A stretch of DNA of 64,000 bases from Eledone cirrhosa (lineage: Eukaryota). Below are positions 41,027-55,226 of the stretch, in pieces; positions within the stretch are counted from its first letter, which is position 1, and each line of letters starts with the position of its first letter. Location of the stretch: NCBI GenBank assembly GCA_964016885.1, contig OZ024743.1, forward strand, positions 191,518,001 through 191,582,000. Reading direction: 5' to 3'. Below the pieces are notes generated by a model that was given only the letters and a program-made list of their open reading frames with translations, ran no database searches and had not been told where the DNA came from. Position numbers and translations under genes: made by a program.

Positions 41027-43850
41027 CAGGGAGGGGCATGTACCTCTGTAGGGGGGGCTAGCCATGCCCTTTTCAGGACAGCTCGTCCTGCATTGGGTCC
41101 CACCTGACACTCAGCTCTCACCTGTGGCCCCAAGAAGCTGTAGCATGCGACAGCGGCCACACCCTGGTAAACCGCTTTGTCTGGCGGGCCGAACCAGGTT
41201 GAGGGTAGCCGGACGGGACTGAAACCTCCCGGTGAGTTAGATAGAGGATGCCTGCCTATGCATGCGAAGACTGAACCCGGCGGAGTGAGTGGAGGAGGAC
41301 AACATCGTCCCAACAGTCACGAAGGCGGCGACAGCAAGCGGCATGGAGCGCTAGGGCACGGCAAGGCACTACAGACGTCGTGGCCATCCACTGCAGCCAA
41401 GGAAGTCCCTGATCGTGATGGTTCTCCGTACCACTGGATTCTACCTTCTGCGGCCGAGTGAGTGGGACCGTCACTGTGCACTGGCCCTCCCACTATAAAC
41501 CTTTCTCGCACAGGTTTCTTCTTTAGCGTGAATTCCCAAAGCCCTGCGGCGATGGGCGAGAGGCGTAGGTAACAGGTGGAGGTAACCTCTGGGAGTTGTC
41601 AGTCTCAAACCCATACGAGGGCGGCCTGGATGCGCAAGTCGTTCTCCTCCTGACGCTGGGATGACAGAAGAGATCAGGCATTCCACCGGGCGACTGAGCA
41701 GCCCTTTTCAGGGGAGCACTGCTCACCCTCGCACGAGGGGAGGGGCGATAAAAGGAGCCCTAACCAAATGCTCGTCCCACACAAAACCGGCCAGTCTACC
41801 GTAGCTGGCGGTTTTACCCTTGCAAGCGGTCGAAACCAACATAATAGAAACAAGAACTTTATTCTTGGCGCATGGAATGTGCGCACCCTCATGGATGGGG
41901 AAAGCTCCTTGAGGCCAGGGAGAAGATCTGCCCTCATAGCAAGGGAATTAGCTCGCTACCGGATCTACATAGCCGCCCTCAGCGAGACTAGACATGCCGA
42001 AGAAGGATCGATACCAGAACCGAAAGGCGGCTACACCTTCTTCTGGAATGGCAATGCAAAGGACGAGGACAGAATTTACGGGGTAGGCCTGGCCATCAGG
42101 ACTTCACTCTGCAAGCAGCTACCAGACCTCCCAAGACCTGTGAGTGAGCAGCTGATGAAGCTCCGCTTCCCCCTCGACCCATCTCGGCATGTCACAGTCA
42201 TCGACGCGTACGCCCCCACTCTCACCAGCAGCGATGAAGTAAAGGACGCTTTCTAGGGGAACTCAACGCACTCGTGAAGGGTGTCCCCCCACCAAGCGAT
42301 AAACTCATCCTACTGGAGGACTTCAACGCAAGAGTCGGGTCTGACAACAGCAACTGGAGAGGCGTGCTGGGACCTTACGGCACAGGGAAGCTGAACTCTA
42401 ACGGCCTCATACTGTTGAGTTTCTGCGCCGAGAACGACCTCACCATCACCAGCACAGTGTTCCGCCAGGTAGACAAGTTCAAGATGACATGGATGCCCCC
42501 CAGATCCAAACAGTGGCATCTGATTGACTTTGCCATGCAGGGCCATGCGTGGTGCAGAGTGTTGGTCCGACCATCGCCTTGTCAGGACCATCCTGTCACT
42601 GCATATCACCCCGACACATCGCCAAACTCCGAAAGTCTGTAGGCCAGTTTTCGATGTCGCACGACTCAAGCAGCCAGAGCATCGTGATGCGTTCGCGGAA
42701 AACCTGGTCGGCCGGCTGACTGCCCATGGACCACTGACCGGCCCCCCAACTCAACAGTGGGACCAGTTCAAATCACGGCTGACAGAATCAGCCAAGGCAA
42801 CCATCGGGCCGAGGAAGAGAGTCCACCAGGACTGGTTTGATGAAAACGATGAGCGCATCAGACAACTCCTGGGCGAGAAGAGGAGGGCTTTCATTGAGTG
42901 GCAGAATGACAGCTCCGCCACCTCGAAGCGCGACCGCTTCAAGCACCTCCAGAGGCAGACCAAAGCAGCACTACGCAGAATGCATGACAAGTGGTGGGAA
43001 AAGAAGCCGAAGAAGTCGAGAGATACGCTGACACAAAAAACTCCAAGATGTTCTTCAGCGCCATCGGGGACGTCTACGGACCCCCGAAGCCTGTAACCAC
43101 ACCGCTGCTGTCTGCTGACGACTCGATCCTGCTGAAGGAGAAGAGCAACATCAACTCCAGGTGTAGACAGCACTTCAGCAACCTGATAAACAGGCCCTCC
43201 ACTGTCGACCCTGCCGTCCTCGACCAGGTCCCACGGAAGCCCGTAGTCGGCAGCTTCGACCCCCCACGTTGGATGAAGTCTCGCAGGCAATCAACCAGAC
43301 CAGCTCAGGAAAGGACCCTGGGAAGGACGGGATTCCTGCCGAGATCTTCAAGTATGGCGGTCCAGCTGCGCTGGGGGCTTTCCACACCCTCCTCGCCAGC
43401 ATATGGGAGGAAGGAGAGGTTCCCAAAACTTCAGGGAAGCCACAGTTGTCTCGCTTTTTAAGAACAAAGGCAGCAAAATTGACTGTGGCAGCTATCGGGG
43501 CATTTCTCTCCTGTCCATCGCTGGGAAGGTCCTATCTCGGGTCATGCTCAACCACCTCATTGCCAACATCTCGGAGGACAACCTCCGTGAGGCCCAGTGT
43601 GTGTTCCGCCCAAACCGCAGCACGATCGACATGATCTTCTCTGTACGTCAGGTGCAGAAGAAGTGTGTCGAGCAGAACATGGACCTCTTTGCCGTCTTCA
43701 TAGACTTGACAAAGGAATTGGACACTGTCAACAGGGAAGCACTCTAGTCGATCCTGTCGAAGTTTGGGTGCCCGACAAAGTTTGTGAACCTGATACGGCA
43801 ATTCCATGACGACATGACCGGGCAGGTGCGCTCGGGCGGAGAGGCATCGT
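41027..43850 (+). mobile_element. RTE-clade LINE (BovB-like architecture), decayed and cut off within RT
   Basis: GC-rich 5' UTR; APE motifs AWNVRTL, ALSETR, DFNARVG, SDHRL; RT motifs YRGISLLSIAGKV, FRPNRSTIDMIF, FIDLTK-DTVNRE. Confidence 0.9.
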
Positions 43851-44103
43851 TGAAGTTCCATGTTACTAGAAATAGCAACACGATACAACATTTTTTTCTC
43901 TACATAAAGGAGAATACAGATAAATGATATAAATATTTCAGTAGATACTAAGTAACCACGGAAATATATATGTTGTCTATAACAGTGGCTATTCAATGGT
44001 ACTAATTTGAGATACCAGAATTATAAAAATGAGCGGGACAAGTAAACATTAAATAATATTTTAAATAAGTTAAAATACGATTTAAATATTCACTTGTTCT
44101 AGT

Positions 44104-44183
44104 GCTGTGACCAACGGTTTTGCTTATCAAAAGATTGGAAATTCGGAGAATTTCCAATGGAAAGAATCAGTTCTTCAGACAGC
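44104..44183 (-). ncRNA. Antisense copy of the 44441 hammerhead with GAAA changed to AAAA
   Basis: Reverse complement of 44441-44520 with a core substitution. Confidence 0.65.
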
Positions 44184-44440
44184 TATTTCCATACCACAGG
44201 GCACAAAGTACCTACTGGAATATTTATATCATTTATCTGTATTCTCCTTTATGTAGAGAAAAAAAATGTTGTATCGTGCTGCTATTTCTAGTAACATGGA
44301 ATTTCAACAAGTCTATAATTCCCGCTTTTTCCTAACGGCCTATTTATGTGTAGGTCACTTTAACGGCCTGACCTCACACATTGGGCAGAAAACAATATAT
44401 TTACTACCACAAGGCTTTTGTGCCCTGTGGTATGGAAATA

Positions 44441-44520
44441 GCTGTCTGAAGAGCTGATTCTTTCCATTGGAAATTCTCCGAATTTCCAATCTTTTGATAA
44501 GTGAAACCGTCGGTCACAGC
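44441..44520 (+). ncRNA. Type I hammerhead ribozyme, intact core, extended stem II
   Basis: gctgt-CTGAAGA-stem II containing ttggaaattc(tcc)gaatttccaa-GAAA-ccg(t)cgg-TC-acagc. Confidence 0.85.
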
Positions 44521-44801
44521 ACTAGAACAAGCGAATATTTAAATCGTATTTTAATTTATTTAAAAGATTGTTTAATGTTTACTTGTTCCGCTCATTTTTA
44601 TAATTCTGGTATCTCAAATAAGTACTATTGAATAACCACTGTTATAGACACCATATATATATTTCCGTGGGTACTTAGTATCTAGTGGAATTTTTATATC
44701 ATTTATCTATATCTATATATATATAAACGGAAAAAATGAAACGAAATTTCATTTCCCACTCTTAGTACGGCTGTTACTTAAATATAAGCATGTATATATG
44801 G

Positions 44802-44924
<123 letters not shown>

Positions 44925-44943
44925 TATATACACATATATATAC

Positions 44944-44974
<31 letters not shown>

Positions 44975-45504
44975 CACATATATATATATATACACATATA
45001 TATATATACACATTATATATATATATATATATATCCGCATTAGTCATATATGATAGACTGTTCATGGATTACTGGCGCTGTAATGCAAAATATTTAGAAA
45101 AGTTTAGGAGAGATTAGGATGAATATCTGAAGCACACATAAAAGTTGTATTTGTAACTTTATTAGATTATCGTAACAGATTTTGATACCTTGCCAGCCAA
45201 AGCATCAAAATGATTTCTACACTATCTACATATATATCGTGATTAGACTGAAATATGAAGATAAATATTACACACTGACTAGGTTTCTTTCTATATTTTT
45301 CTATATGAAGTGGATATATGGTTTCGAAAATGGAGGCGAAGTCGGTGAAGAGCGCTTTCATGTATACCGATGTCTTAAATGTCTTTATTTGTTTACAAAT
45401 ATTTTCATAGTTGAAAGGAAATTCGTATAGCAACACATGTTTTGGGAATTTATTCAAAGTTCTCTTGAACTTTGTCTAAAGTTTAAAGTCTGTCTGGAGA
45501 CCGG

Positions 45505-45750
45505 AGGCTCATCAGGCCGGTGTTTAGCCCAGTTTCTGTGGTGTGAAGCGACTGAGACTACAAGACTCCCCTGGACAGGATGCCAATCCATCGCAGGGTT
45601 AAACGCATTTTCAGCTGAGTATACTCGGGAGGAACGCGTGAAACGAAGTGTTTTGCTAAAGAACCCAACACATAACCCAGTCCAGGAATCGAATCCATGA
45701 CATTATGATCGTAAGTCCAATACCCTTACCACTAGGCTACACACCTCCAC
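45505..45750 (-). mobile_element. tRNA-derived SINE of another family
   Basis: Minus-strand head gtggaggtgtgtagcctagtggtaagg with B box gattcgattcc. A matching head fragment occurs at about 36742-36785 (+). Confidence 0.7.
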
Positions 45751-46653
45751 CTTGAATTTTGTGGGCTCTCTAAAATTGAAAACATTGATGTGCCAAATAC
45801 TCTTTCTGAACATGTTATGTTCAATGTCTGTAGGAACAATATGGATGGAAAATGAACCGCATGTCTGGTCCAATTGCATGCGGCTCGTTTACGTCCACTA
45901 AAGACTATGTGGTAATGTAAAACCGGGATACGTGTTGAGTTAACTTCTCTTGCTGTCCATTTTCTTAATTAAATCTATTTTGCTTTTTCTTTCATATTGT
46001 TTGTATTTTCATTTATTTTTTACCTTCAGCTCGCAGGTAACATTATGATGGCACATTAATATCTGGAGATTATGTCATGCTGATTCTATTTTTGCTATAT
46101 TAATGTTGTTTTCATAATTCTGCTTCAAAAATATCTGAAGTTTGACAGCTTCAATTATGAAGTCCACCTAGAAGGGACAGAATTTTCTTGCACTAGGTAT
46201 GAGAAATAAAATAGCATTAAATACCAAAAGAAAATATGTGAGTCATCTTCGTAAAGAAGTGTCAAAACGAGAAGGAGTGGGATATGCGGATTATTGCAAA
46301 ATGTCGAATAACATAGTTGTTTTTTATGTTTTTATAATTTTCAGGTTTACTAAAAATATTCCTTGAATCTTAACACACCGAATAATTAATTCCAATACAA
46401 CAAGCCTACAGGTTACTAGAGTGCAGTTGTATATTTTAGGGTGCGTAGTGTATCAATTATGAGCGCTCTAGTGTAGATGACAAGCTACAGATAAACCTCA
46501 TTTGATTACCTGTTATAGATATTATTCTCGCTCTGATAATGCACATTTTCCTAATCCCTATAGGACACATGTAATCATAAACATCCAGCATTTTTCTGTA
46601 TTTGTTGAAATAATGCAATAATACATGAGATAGAAATATATTTACCCTCACTC

Positions 46654-46691
<38 letters not shown>

Positions 46692-46697
<6 letters not shown>

Positions 46698-46778
46698 TCA
46701 TACATGCCCACATACCCCCCCCCCATATATATATATATATATATATATGGGGGGGTATGTGGGCATGTATGAATGTAT
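46692..46778. repeat. Palindrome centred on (TA)n
   Basis: atacattcatacatgcccacatacC(n)-(TA)n-G(n)gtatgtgggcatgtatgaatgtat. Confidence 0.92.
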
Positions 46779-47869
46779 GTATGTGCTTTATATATGTATG
46801 TATGTACTTTATGTATGTATGTAAATCAAGGCATCTTGTTAACCCTCATCTCTATCTAAACTATACTCCCGCACGATTTTAACTCAGAAATCTACTTGGC
46901 CATGGAAGGCCCTATACGCCATAGCTCATGCAAATGATAGTTGTGTAGTAGCGATGACGAGATGTTGACGACGACGACGACAATGATGATGATGAGGAGG
47001 AGGAGTGGGGGTGTGGGGGGGGGGGGGGAGGTTACAATGGCGAAACTATTTCTCTCTGGACACTTTCAGTTTGTGTTTTATTTTCTGTCTATTATGACGC
47101 TCTGTTGTTGCAACTCGCCAATTATTGATTAACATACCACCACCACCATTTCAGCAACAACTTTAAATGAAGAATCCCATTTCCCAAACAGGTTAGGTGA
47201 GCACAGCCGTTTCTAATCTATTTTTCGTTTAGGTCAAACGAGATATATACTTTTGAAGAACTTGTTTATAGCAGTGATTGTTTCGACTTTTACATTTAAT
47301 AAATAACATGTTAACCAAAACAATTTACATTGAAAATGTTTTAAGCGAATAATTGAAACATAGTTAATAGAAACATAATAGTTTCATTTCAAAATTGAAG
47401 GAAGTCCGAGTTAAGCACTTGAAAGCGATAATATTTCTACTTGAAATATTCTATTTATTCAAATCAATTAGGGAAGCCTAACTTTTTTTGTTAGCCTTAA
47501 GAGCTACAGGTCATTGTACTATTTTCCTTTCGGGTTCTGAAATTATGAAAAGCTAGTTATTCAATTTCAGGCAATTTATTGTTTCTAAATACAAATGCGA
47601 GCGAAAGTAGTTGCATACAGAGGTATAGGAAACAAGATGACAACTATTAATGAATATAAAATTAGAATTAAATATTCAATTTTAGCTATATGGACAGTTT
47701 ATGTGCTGAGAGAACAGTTAATTATATCGACATTAGTACCTGACCATTACTTGCTTCATTGGTTTCGAAGGCATGAAAAACAACTTTGACTCTAAAAAAA
47801 GTATTGCCTCGCGACATAAACAAATATAAATAAGAAATGTTGTCGAGCGCCATAAGGGTTTTAGTAATG

Positions 47870-48090
47870 ACTGTTTCTACTTTAGGCACAAGATCAGTAA
47901 TTTGAAGGGGAGAAGAAAGTCGATTAAATCGGCTCCAGTATATTATTGGTGCTTTATTTTATCGACTCCGTAAGAATGGAAGGCAAAACTACCTTCGGCG
48001 GGATTTGAACTCAGAGCGTAACAAACCATAATTCTATGCTGCAAAGCATATTATTCAACACTCTACCGACACTGCCAATCCACCGCCCTT
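47870..48090 (-). mobile_element. Full-length SINE, family A
   Basis: Head, B box, core and tail. Confidence 0.85.
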
Positions 48091-48449
48091 ACACGACTAA
48101 TAATAACATAAGGGTTTATTGTATTAGTGTATGGTCACAAATTTGGGATAGACACATCCACTCGATGGAGTCAGTCCACAATGTATGATGACAACAACCA
48201 TGCACGACTCAAATTTGACTGCAGCATTTTTTAGTTCTGAACCGAGAGGGATCTAACTAAACACATTTAATGTGGCATTTGACTTTTTCTCTTAATCAGT
48301 TTACTCTATTTGCAATGATGGTTTCGAATTTTGTCAAAAGTCCATAAACATTCAAGTGGTGGAGTCATGTTTATTAAATTGATCCTAATTTTCCTTGGAG
48401 TTACGAAACAAAATATTGATCCGGTGACATCTGAATTTAAACTGTAGAG

Positions 48450-48777
48450 CAGAGGTTCTCAAATTGAGCGCTTCCGCCCCCGAGGGAGATTGGGAAGGTC
48501 CAGATGGTGGTTGGAGATTAAGGGGGCTGTGGGGTGGTAGAGATGATATAATAGTTATTAAATATCAAATGATACATATATGTAAATACAGTAAATTAAA
48601 AAAAGAATATTTATTTATAAATAGTAAATATTGTTTTTTATTATATATCGATTAACGATTTTATTTATTATATATTATTTACAATTTGCGTGTAGACAGG
48701 TCTCTCTAGAAATAAGGATGGAGCGCTGAGGGTATTACGTGGCTGTGGGGGTGGTCCGAAAGGTTTGCGAACCTCTG
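48450..48777. mobile_element. hAT (Charlie-like) MITE
   Basis: TIRs cagaggttctcaaa and tttgcgaacctctg. 8-bp TSD ctgtagag/ctgtagac (7 of 8 identical). Confidence 0.85.
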
Positions 48778-49847
48778 CTGTAGACGATTAAAATTGAACG
48801 TCTTTCGTCCGGTATTCAGTCATTTCTGGCAACCTGCTAACTTGAAAGAATATATCTCAGTGAGGTACACAGGGTGCACCACTGATTCTTACTTCATGGT
48901 ACCAAGAAATAAAAAGAAATCAAAGAAAGAATGAAAACAGAAAGAAAGAAAAATATATGAAAGTAAAATTGACCTTGATGGAATTTGACATCCGAACATC
49001 AATAAAGACTCTTAGGCATTTATTCCAAGGATCTAGAGTTTCTACCAGTAGTACATCTCACACGAAAATGACAATGAGATTTTATTGGACAACATAAAGA
49101 CATGTATAAATACAATAAATAGAGCATCTAATCAACTGTAAAAAGCGAGCACTTTCGTAAAATACATGAGGGAATGTGAATAAAATGCTTGAGCTTAGTT
49201 TTGGTTTATTTAACCTTTTATGAAAGGCATATGATGTAACATATACGTAAATGAAAAGAAAAAAAGCAACACGAGAATGTTTTTTCTCACTGCATAAAAT
49301 ACGTAATTGAAAGGGTAGAAAGAAAAATAATAACTGTTAACTAATATTATACCGAGCAATATTGTCTAATAAATTTAAACTCTATAAACGTTCTCAGAAA
49401 ATTGAGCATGACCCTATAGATTCAACGTATTAAGCAGGGATACGGTAGACACTTCAAACAAATTTCGTCTCTATTGCTTATACGAATATCATTTTCCAAA
49501 TCATACACTCAGAAACTAAACACAGCTCTACTTTATTAAAATTTTCGGAATCGACAGATTTTCATGATTTCCCAACGCGAATGTTAAAGCATTCGTCGAC
49601 TTTTATACATATGATATATCGACAAAATTATTCTTTATGCTTTCTATGAAGTTTATGATTTGTGGTGTTTTTCACATGACAATGTCAAAATGTGTTATAT
49701 AGAAATGAATACCTAAAAATATGGTAAACAGAATTTGTTAATGTGGTCTTTTTATTCTGGTTCAGCATAATTGGTTTTCCTGTGATGCGTTTTATTTATG
49801 AAGGTTCATTCTTATTTATTAGTGCGCACATATATATATATGTGTGT

Positions 49848-49890
<43 letters not shown>

Positions 49891-50064
49891 GACAGGAAGG
49901 ACAATGATAGATAAATAAAAAGCGTGAGAAATGCGACTGAAATGTAGTTATATCTATGCATATGTTTAAATGATTTAGAAATATTGACTATATGGCGATG
50001 CGCTATACATATGATATGTATGAGTCAGTGCATGCGTGTACGTGTGTATAATACGCACACATAT

Positions 50065-50123
<59 letters not shown>

Positions 50124-50147
50124 AGAGATTAGAAATAGATTAGAATA

Positions 50148-50225
50148 GACGGCTGAGCTCCAGCCGTTTTAACAGCTAGTTCCAGGTCCTAGAACTAGCT
50201 GTTAAACGGTAAGAACTCAGCCGTC
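50148..50225. repeat. Imperfect hairpin of about 78 bp
   Basis: gacggctgag...aacagctagttc paired with gaactagctgtt...ctcagccgtc. Confidence 0.8.
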
Positions 50226-50329
50226 GGGTACCCACTACTTCTAATATAATCATACCTTACTATCTCAAGTATCGAGTACTCTGTCTAACTATTTTAAAAC
50301 TGGTTCTATCCTGGTATATATATATCAAG

Positions 50330-50600
50330 AAGAAGAAGACTATAAAATCTGTAAGCAGCAGGCAAAGTCCTCACTTAGAAAATTGAAGGATGCTTTGAAG
50401 GCAGCTAAAGCAGCTAATCTACATGACGTTGCCAATAAAAAGGACTCAAGGGTCTTTTTATAATGATCTGAAAGTGATGTATGGTCTGGGAGAGAGTACA
50501 TCAAATCCAGTTGTATCTTCTAACGGTACAACCCTATACACAGACAATGCTAAGATACTCTCTCGGTGAAAGGAACACGAAAACATCCTAAATACTGACT
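50330..50600 (+). mobile_element. RTE linker-region fragment
   Basis: Peptide like KDSRVF-YNDLKVMYG...PVVSSNGTTLYTDNAKILSR*KEH, homologous to the linker of the 41-44 kb RTE. Confidence 0.6.
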
Positions 50601-51803
50601 CAAACGTTTATAACTCAATTGTGGCATTCGTTACGATTATCTCTAAGAAGATTCCACCTTAGAACGTCAAGGAAAAACATATTATTTCATCCCTCGCATT
50701 TAAGAAATTATTCATGCATGTATGGGTCCGTAAGTCCGGGGAGAATTGTGGGGGATACGTAGTGACATATGGTGTTTCATTGGTATTTTAAACCTGGCGA
50801 AAGCCATATCTCGCTATTTCTGAACATAGCCGACTTCTTTGATAGAATGAGAGAGAGAGTGTGTGTGTTAAAGTGATAAAGTGATATAGAGAAAAAGTCA
50901 ACCCAATAGCTGACTGGTGTTTTATTTTATCGCCCTAGGATGGATGAAAGAGAAAGTTGACCTCGGCCTGATTTGAATTGAAAGCGCAGAGAACCGCAAA
51001 ACATTTTAACCAACGTTCTAAATATTTATCGGTGCAAATTAGAAAACGGAAAAGAAATTCACTTTACGTTAGACAATTCGATAATTTAAATTGGTGCTTT
51101 TTGTGACATCCATTAACAATCTATTCTTTAGATCAATATGACGATTCGTGTATTTTAGATGGAAAGGATATAAATTATAAGAAAGAAGTTTATGTAAATA
51201 TCATCAAAATTGGATCATAACTTCAAGTCACGAAGATAATCCGAAATATACAGGTTCTTTTGTTTTTCCTTTTGTGCAGGAGAACAGGAAATATGGGTAT
51301 ATCATCTCTTCATACGTTGCGTTCTTGTGCTGATGGTAACGGAATGGCCTTGTATTGAGATGAGTTATGGAGATGATGGGAAGCAAGTAAAGCAGCGAGA
51401 TGAGAAATGAAAGGAAATATATAGACAAATTACAGTTATATGTTCTTACTTACAGCTACCAAAAACACCCATTAGGGTTTTCTGTGATTAATATATGCGA
51501 GAACTATCAACGTATCAAAATGGACAATTAAATTATTATGAAGTGACTTAAATACGTGTGTTTGAGGATATTATTGTATGTCGTATTGTGGTGTATTTAT
51601 TTATTGGAACTTTCTCGAACATTGCAGCTTGTTTAAAAACATAATATTAATGCGTTGTGTCAAAACAAGCTGAGATCATAAACCTACGCAGAAATTTCCG
51701 CTAATACACTTTCTGTTTCACATATACCTGCATAAACAAAGTGCTATTGAATAAGCGTGTTTATCTATTTATGAATCTCTTATGTGTGACTGTCTGCGAT
51801 GAG

Positions 51804-51857
<54 letters not shown>

Positions 51858-51999
51858 ATATATACAACAAATAAACCTACGTAGACATTTCTAAAATTAC
51901 ATATCCCTTCCACATATACCTACATAAATAAGCGTTTTCTCATACATATTTGTATATTTAAACAGTTACCCACACACACAGAAGCACGCACTCGAGTAG

Positions 52000-52497
52000 A
52001 GCCATCGCTTGAACTTTCAAACACGCTTCTGCATATGTGTAGCATGGATCTGACAGTTTAAGCCAGCAAGAGCCCTAAATTTCATTTTCTGGCACAGACA
52101 TTACAGACATGACCTTTGGCAACAGTAACCGGTGGCTGGTTGCCATGTACTTTCATGTACCACTTCAGGCATTCTGCTGATTGACAGACTTTACTATACT
52201 GATGGTGGGTTGTTACACCATATGCACCAACGTAATCTACATCAGTACTTTTTATATGACTTCTTTTGTGACTCTTTAATCCAACTTTGATGAGGTTAGC
52301 TCTCCTACACTCATTGCATGTCAGTTCTACTTGATCTCCTACACAATCTAGCAGTTACAATTTCAAGCCTATCTTCATACTTCTTTCATGAACCTCAACA
52401 TCACTAACATACATCTTCCAATGTAGACCCAAGATTCGACGAAGACACTGCTGTGGAAAGCGCTCCAGCTATTTTAGATGATTCCAGTAAGTAATCT
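52000..52497 (-). mobile_element. RTE C-terminal fragment
   Basis: Minus-strand peptide LERFPQQCLRRILGLHW...SDVEV. Confidence 0.65.
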
Positions 52498-52565
52498 AAA
52501 AGGGCCCATAATCATAGTTTAGAATATCGAGAAAAGAGCACCTGGAGACCACAAAAGTGGACTGA

Positions 52566-52638
52566 GGCACCTGTGACGAATCGAACTATGTATCTGTCGG
52601 ATTCCGAACGAGTGCGTTAACCATTACGCTAAAGAGCC
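52566..52638 (-). pseudogene. tRNA-like sequence (CGG in the anticodon-like loop), probably a retroposon part
   Basis: ggctctt-tagcgtaatggttaacgc-a-ctcg-ttCGGaa-...-gttcgattc-...ggtgcc. D arm and A/B boxes are good; the other stems are broken. Confidence 0.55.
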
Positions 52639-52767
52639 GCTCGCTACTAATTTCGTCCCAGCGGTACATCACCCGATTTACTCAACTATTAGTCATCGTA
52701 ACGACAAATATTATGGTAATTTACGTTGAGATGCACACATTTCGTATATTCCTAATGCTTCCAAAGT

Positions 52768-52841
<74 letters not shown>

Positions 52842-53978
52842 TTATATATATATATATCGAGGAAATTTTTCTATTATTATTTGGGGAAACCAAAAGACTT
52901 TTAGTATCAATATCAGAGAATTATTATTTATGGAAACCTTATGTTTATTCAAACCAATTTATTGCGGCACCAAAATAATACGTTCATTGCAGTCTCAAAT
53001 AAAGATAACCATTGAATTTAGTTTCAATTTTGAGAGAGAACAATTCAATAACATAGATCTATTTTATCTAGGGATAGAACACAAACGTATCTTGTATGAG
53101 AGTACAACAGAAGGTGGTGGGTTAGTATTTGGAGAAAACTTCGGCGTATGGAAGCTGTTAAAACAGCAAAAGACTGTCGAAGCGGCGCTGGGTATAATAT
53201 TACCTCGAAGGACTGAGATCAGCGGCTTGATGTGAGTTGACTCGAAGGAAAGAGGAGAAGATAGGAAGGAGGAAATAGAATGGATGTATGAAAACAGGTC
53301 ACAAGTATTAAAATATGCTCTTCAGATCTCAACCTTCTGCAGTTTCGACGAATTAATGAGATTACTGCGAAGAATAGGAGGCTCGTAACGGAGAAATAAA
53401 TATCTTCCTTCATATAATGTTTGTGTTGGGACAGGTTACGAAGAAAAAAAGAAAAGGAAGTAAAAAAAAACAGAGGGAAGAAGAAAGATAGAAAAAGAAG
53501 GGGATAAAAAGGAAAAACGAAAGAAAAGAGGAAAGGAGGGGGATTGAGAAAAAGATGGGGAGAGAGAGGAAATGGTAGATGGAATTGTAGAATCTAGGGT
53601 TGAGAGTGAATGTTGATGACTGGCAAAGATACTTCACCAAGGATAATATGTAAAGCAATCTTAATTTAAGGTAAAATAGTTTCTGTATATTTTGTAATAT
53701 TGTAAAATTACGCAATTAATAGAAATATATTTAAAAAATATATAATGTTTAGCTACAGACGCTTCAAGTGATTTCACGGTGTTTATAATGATAACATATA
53801 AGATGAGGATGATGATGGTGGTGGTGACGATGATGATAATGATGATTGATGATGATAGTAAATAGAAGATGATGAGAAATAAAATAAATTAAATGGATAA
53901 GTGAATATCAATTAATAGAAAATAAATAAATAAGAATGTGATCGATTCAAAAATCTCGTAATAAATTGATGGTGGCTT

Positions 53979-54010
<32 letters not shown>

Positions 54011-54219
54011 AAGTAAGCGTAGATAGTGAGGGTGTATAAGATGAGGGTGGTAATAATTAGGAGATGATGACAACTAAAATAAAAGAAATAAAGTGGGTTA
54101 TCAATTAATAGAAAATAAATAAAAATGATCGGTTAAATATACGCCTGGGAAATAAATGACTGATAGTGATAGTGCATATGATGGTGATGATAAGAAAATA
54201 TTATAGGTGTATAAGAGGG

Positions 54220-54480
54220 TCTTCTTCTTCTTCGCCCACTTAATTCTGAGAGGGTCGTGGGGGCAGAGTCCCCAAACACACCTTCCACCTGGTCCTGTCA
54301 GAAGCAACCGTCTCCAATTGATCCGGCTGGATCCCCAAGCAAGACCAGTCAGGCTCGTGGATGTTATCCAACTATCTTGCTCGGGGGTCTACCCCAGGGT
54401 CTCCTATCTGTTGGTTTCGCCTGTAAAATCTGTCCAGCTATTCTTTCCTGAGACATTCTAAACACATGCTCGTAATATTG
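54220..54480 (-). mobile_element. LINE 3' end with short (GAA)n tail
   Basis: RRPWGRP motif followed by a short UTR and GAA repeats. Confidence 0.5.
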
Positions 54481-55226
54481 GAGCTGCAAACTTCATTCGA
54501 TGGTAGAGCTTACAATGCCGTTATCTTTCAATTGCCAGATGTATTTTGACCAAGATGTTGATTTCTGCAATTACCTATTCCTAAACGGAGGAACCTGCCT
54601 TACAGGTGTTTTCAGTCAATCTGATGTTCATTGCTCTTGTACTTTGGCATTATATACAAGTCCTCTTGGCAGACAATTATTGTAGAGTGAGCTATATGTG
54701 CGGTCTTCTCAATTGTAATTGAGAGGTTCTTGCAATGTATTATTGGTGTATGCAGTTCTTTTTTTTTGTGATTCTAATCCACGTCCCTATATCGATAAGG
54801 CAGCCGTAGCTTACCTTAACTGTGTTTTTGTCGAACAACTTATGCTACCGCCGTGTGGTGGGGAACTGCTTTCGCACAAAGGAAAGAAAGTACGAACATA
54901 GCTGTATACTCGTACGCCGAGGAGCCGGTATTCACATGGTGGAGAACTTAAGAGAGAGAGAGAGAAAGAAAGAGAGAAGAGAGCGAGTGTTTTAAAAAGT
55001 AGAGAGTCTGAAAGAAAAAAGAGCATAAGAAAGACATTTATGTTTTTTTATATGCATACACACCAATATGAAATGGTATATGAAAGGATACGTAGATATA
55101 CCTTCGGTGATAAACAGTAAGTAATAAACAGACAGCAAGAGAGACAGGAAAATAGAAAGAAGATATAGAGATCGATAGATAGATAGATAGACAAACAGAC
55201 AGATAGACAGACAGACAGATAGATAA

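Larger units (their letters stand above)
43853..44710. mobile_element. Rearranged inverted-repeat Penelope-type remnant with two hammerheads
   Basis: 43853-43950 is inverted at 44213-44306, and 43915-44207 is inverted at 44417-44708. Confidence 0.7.
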
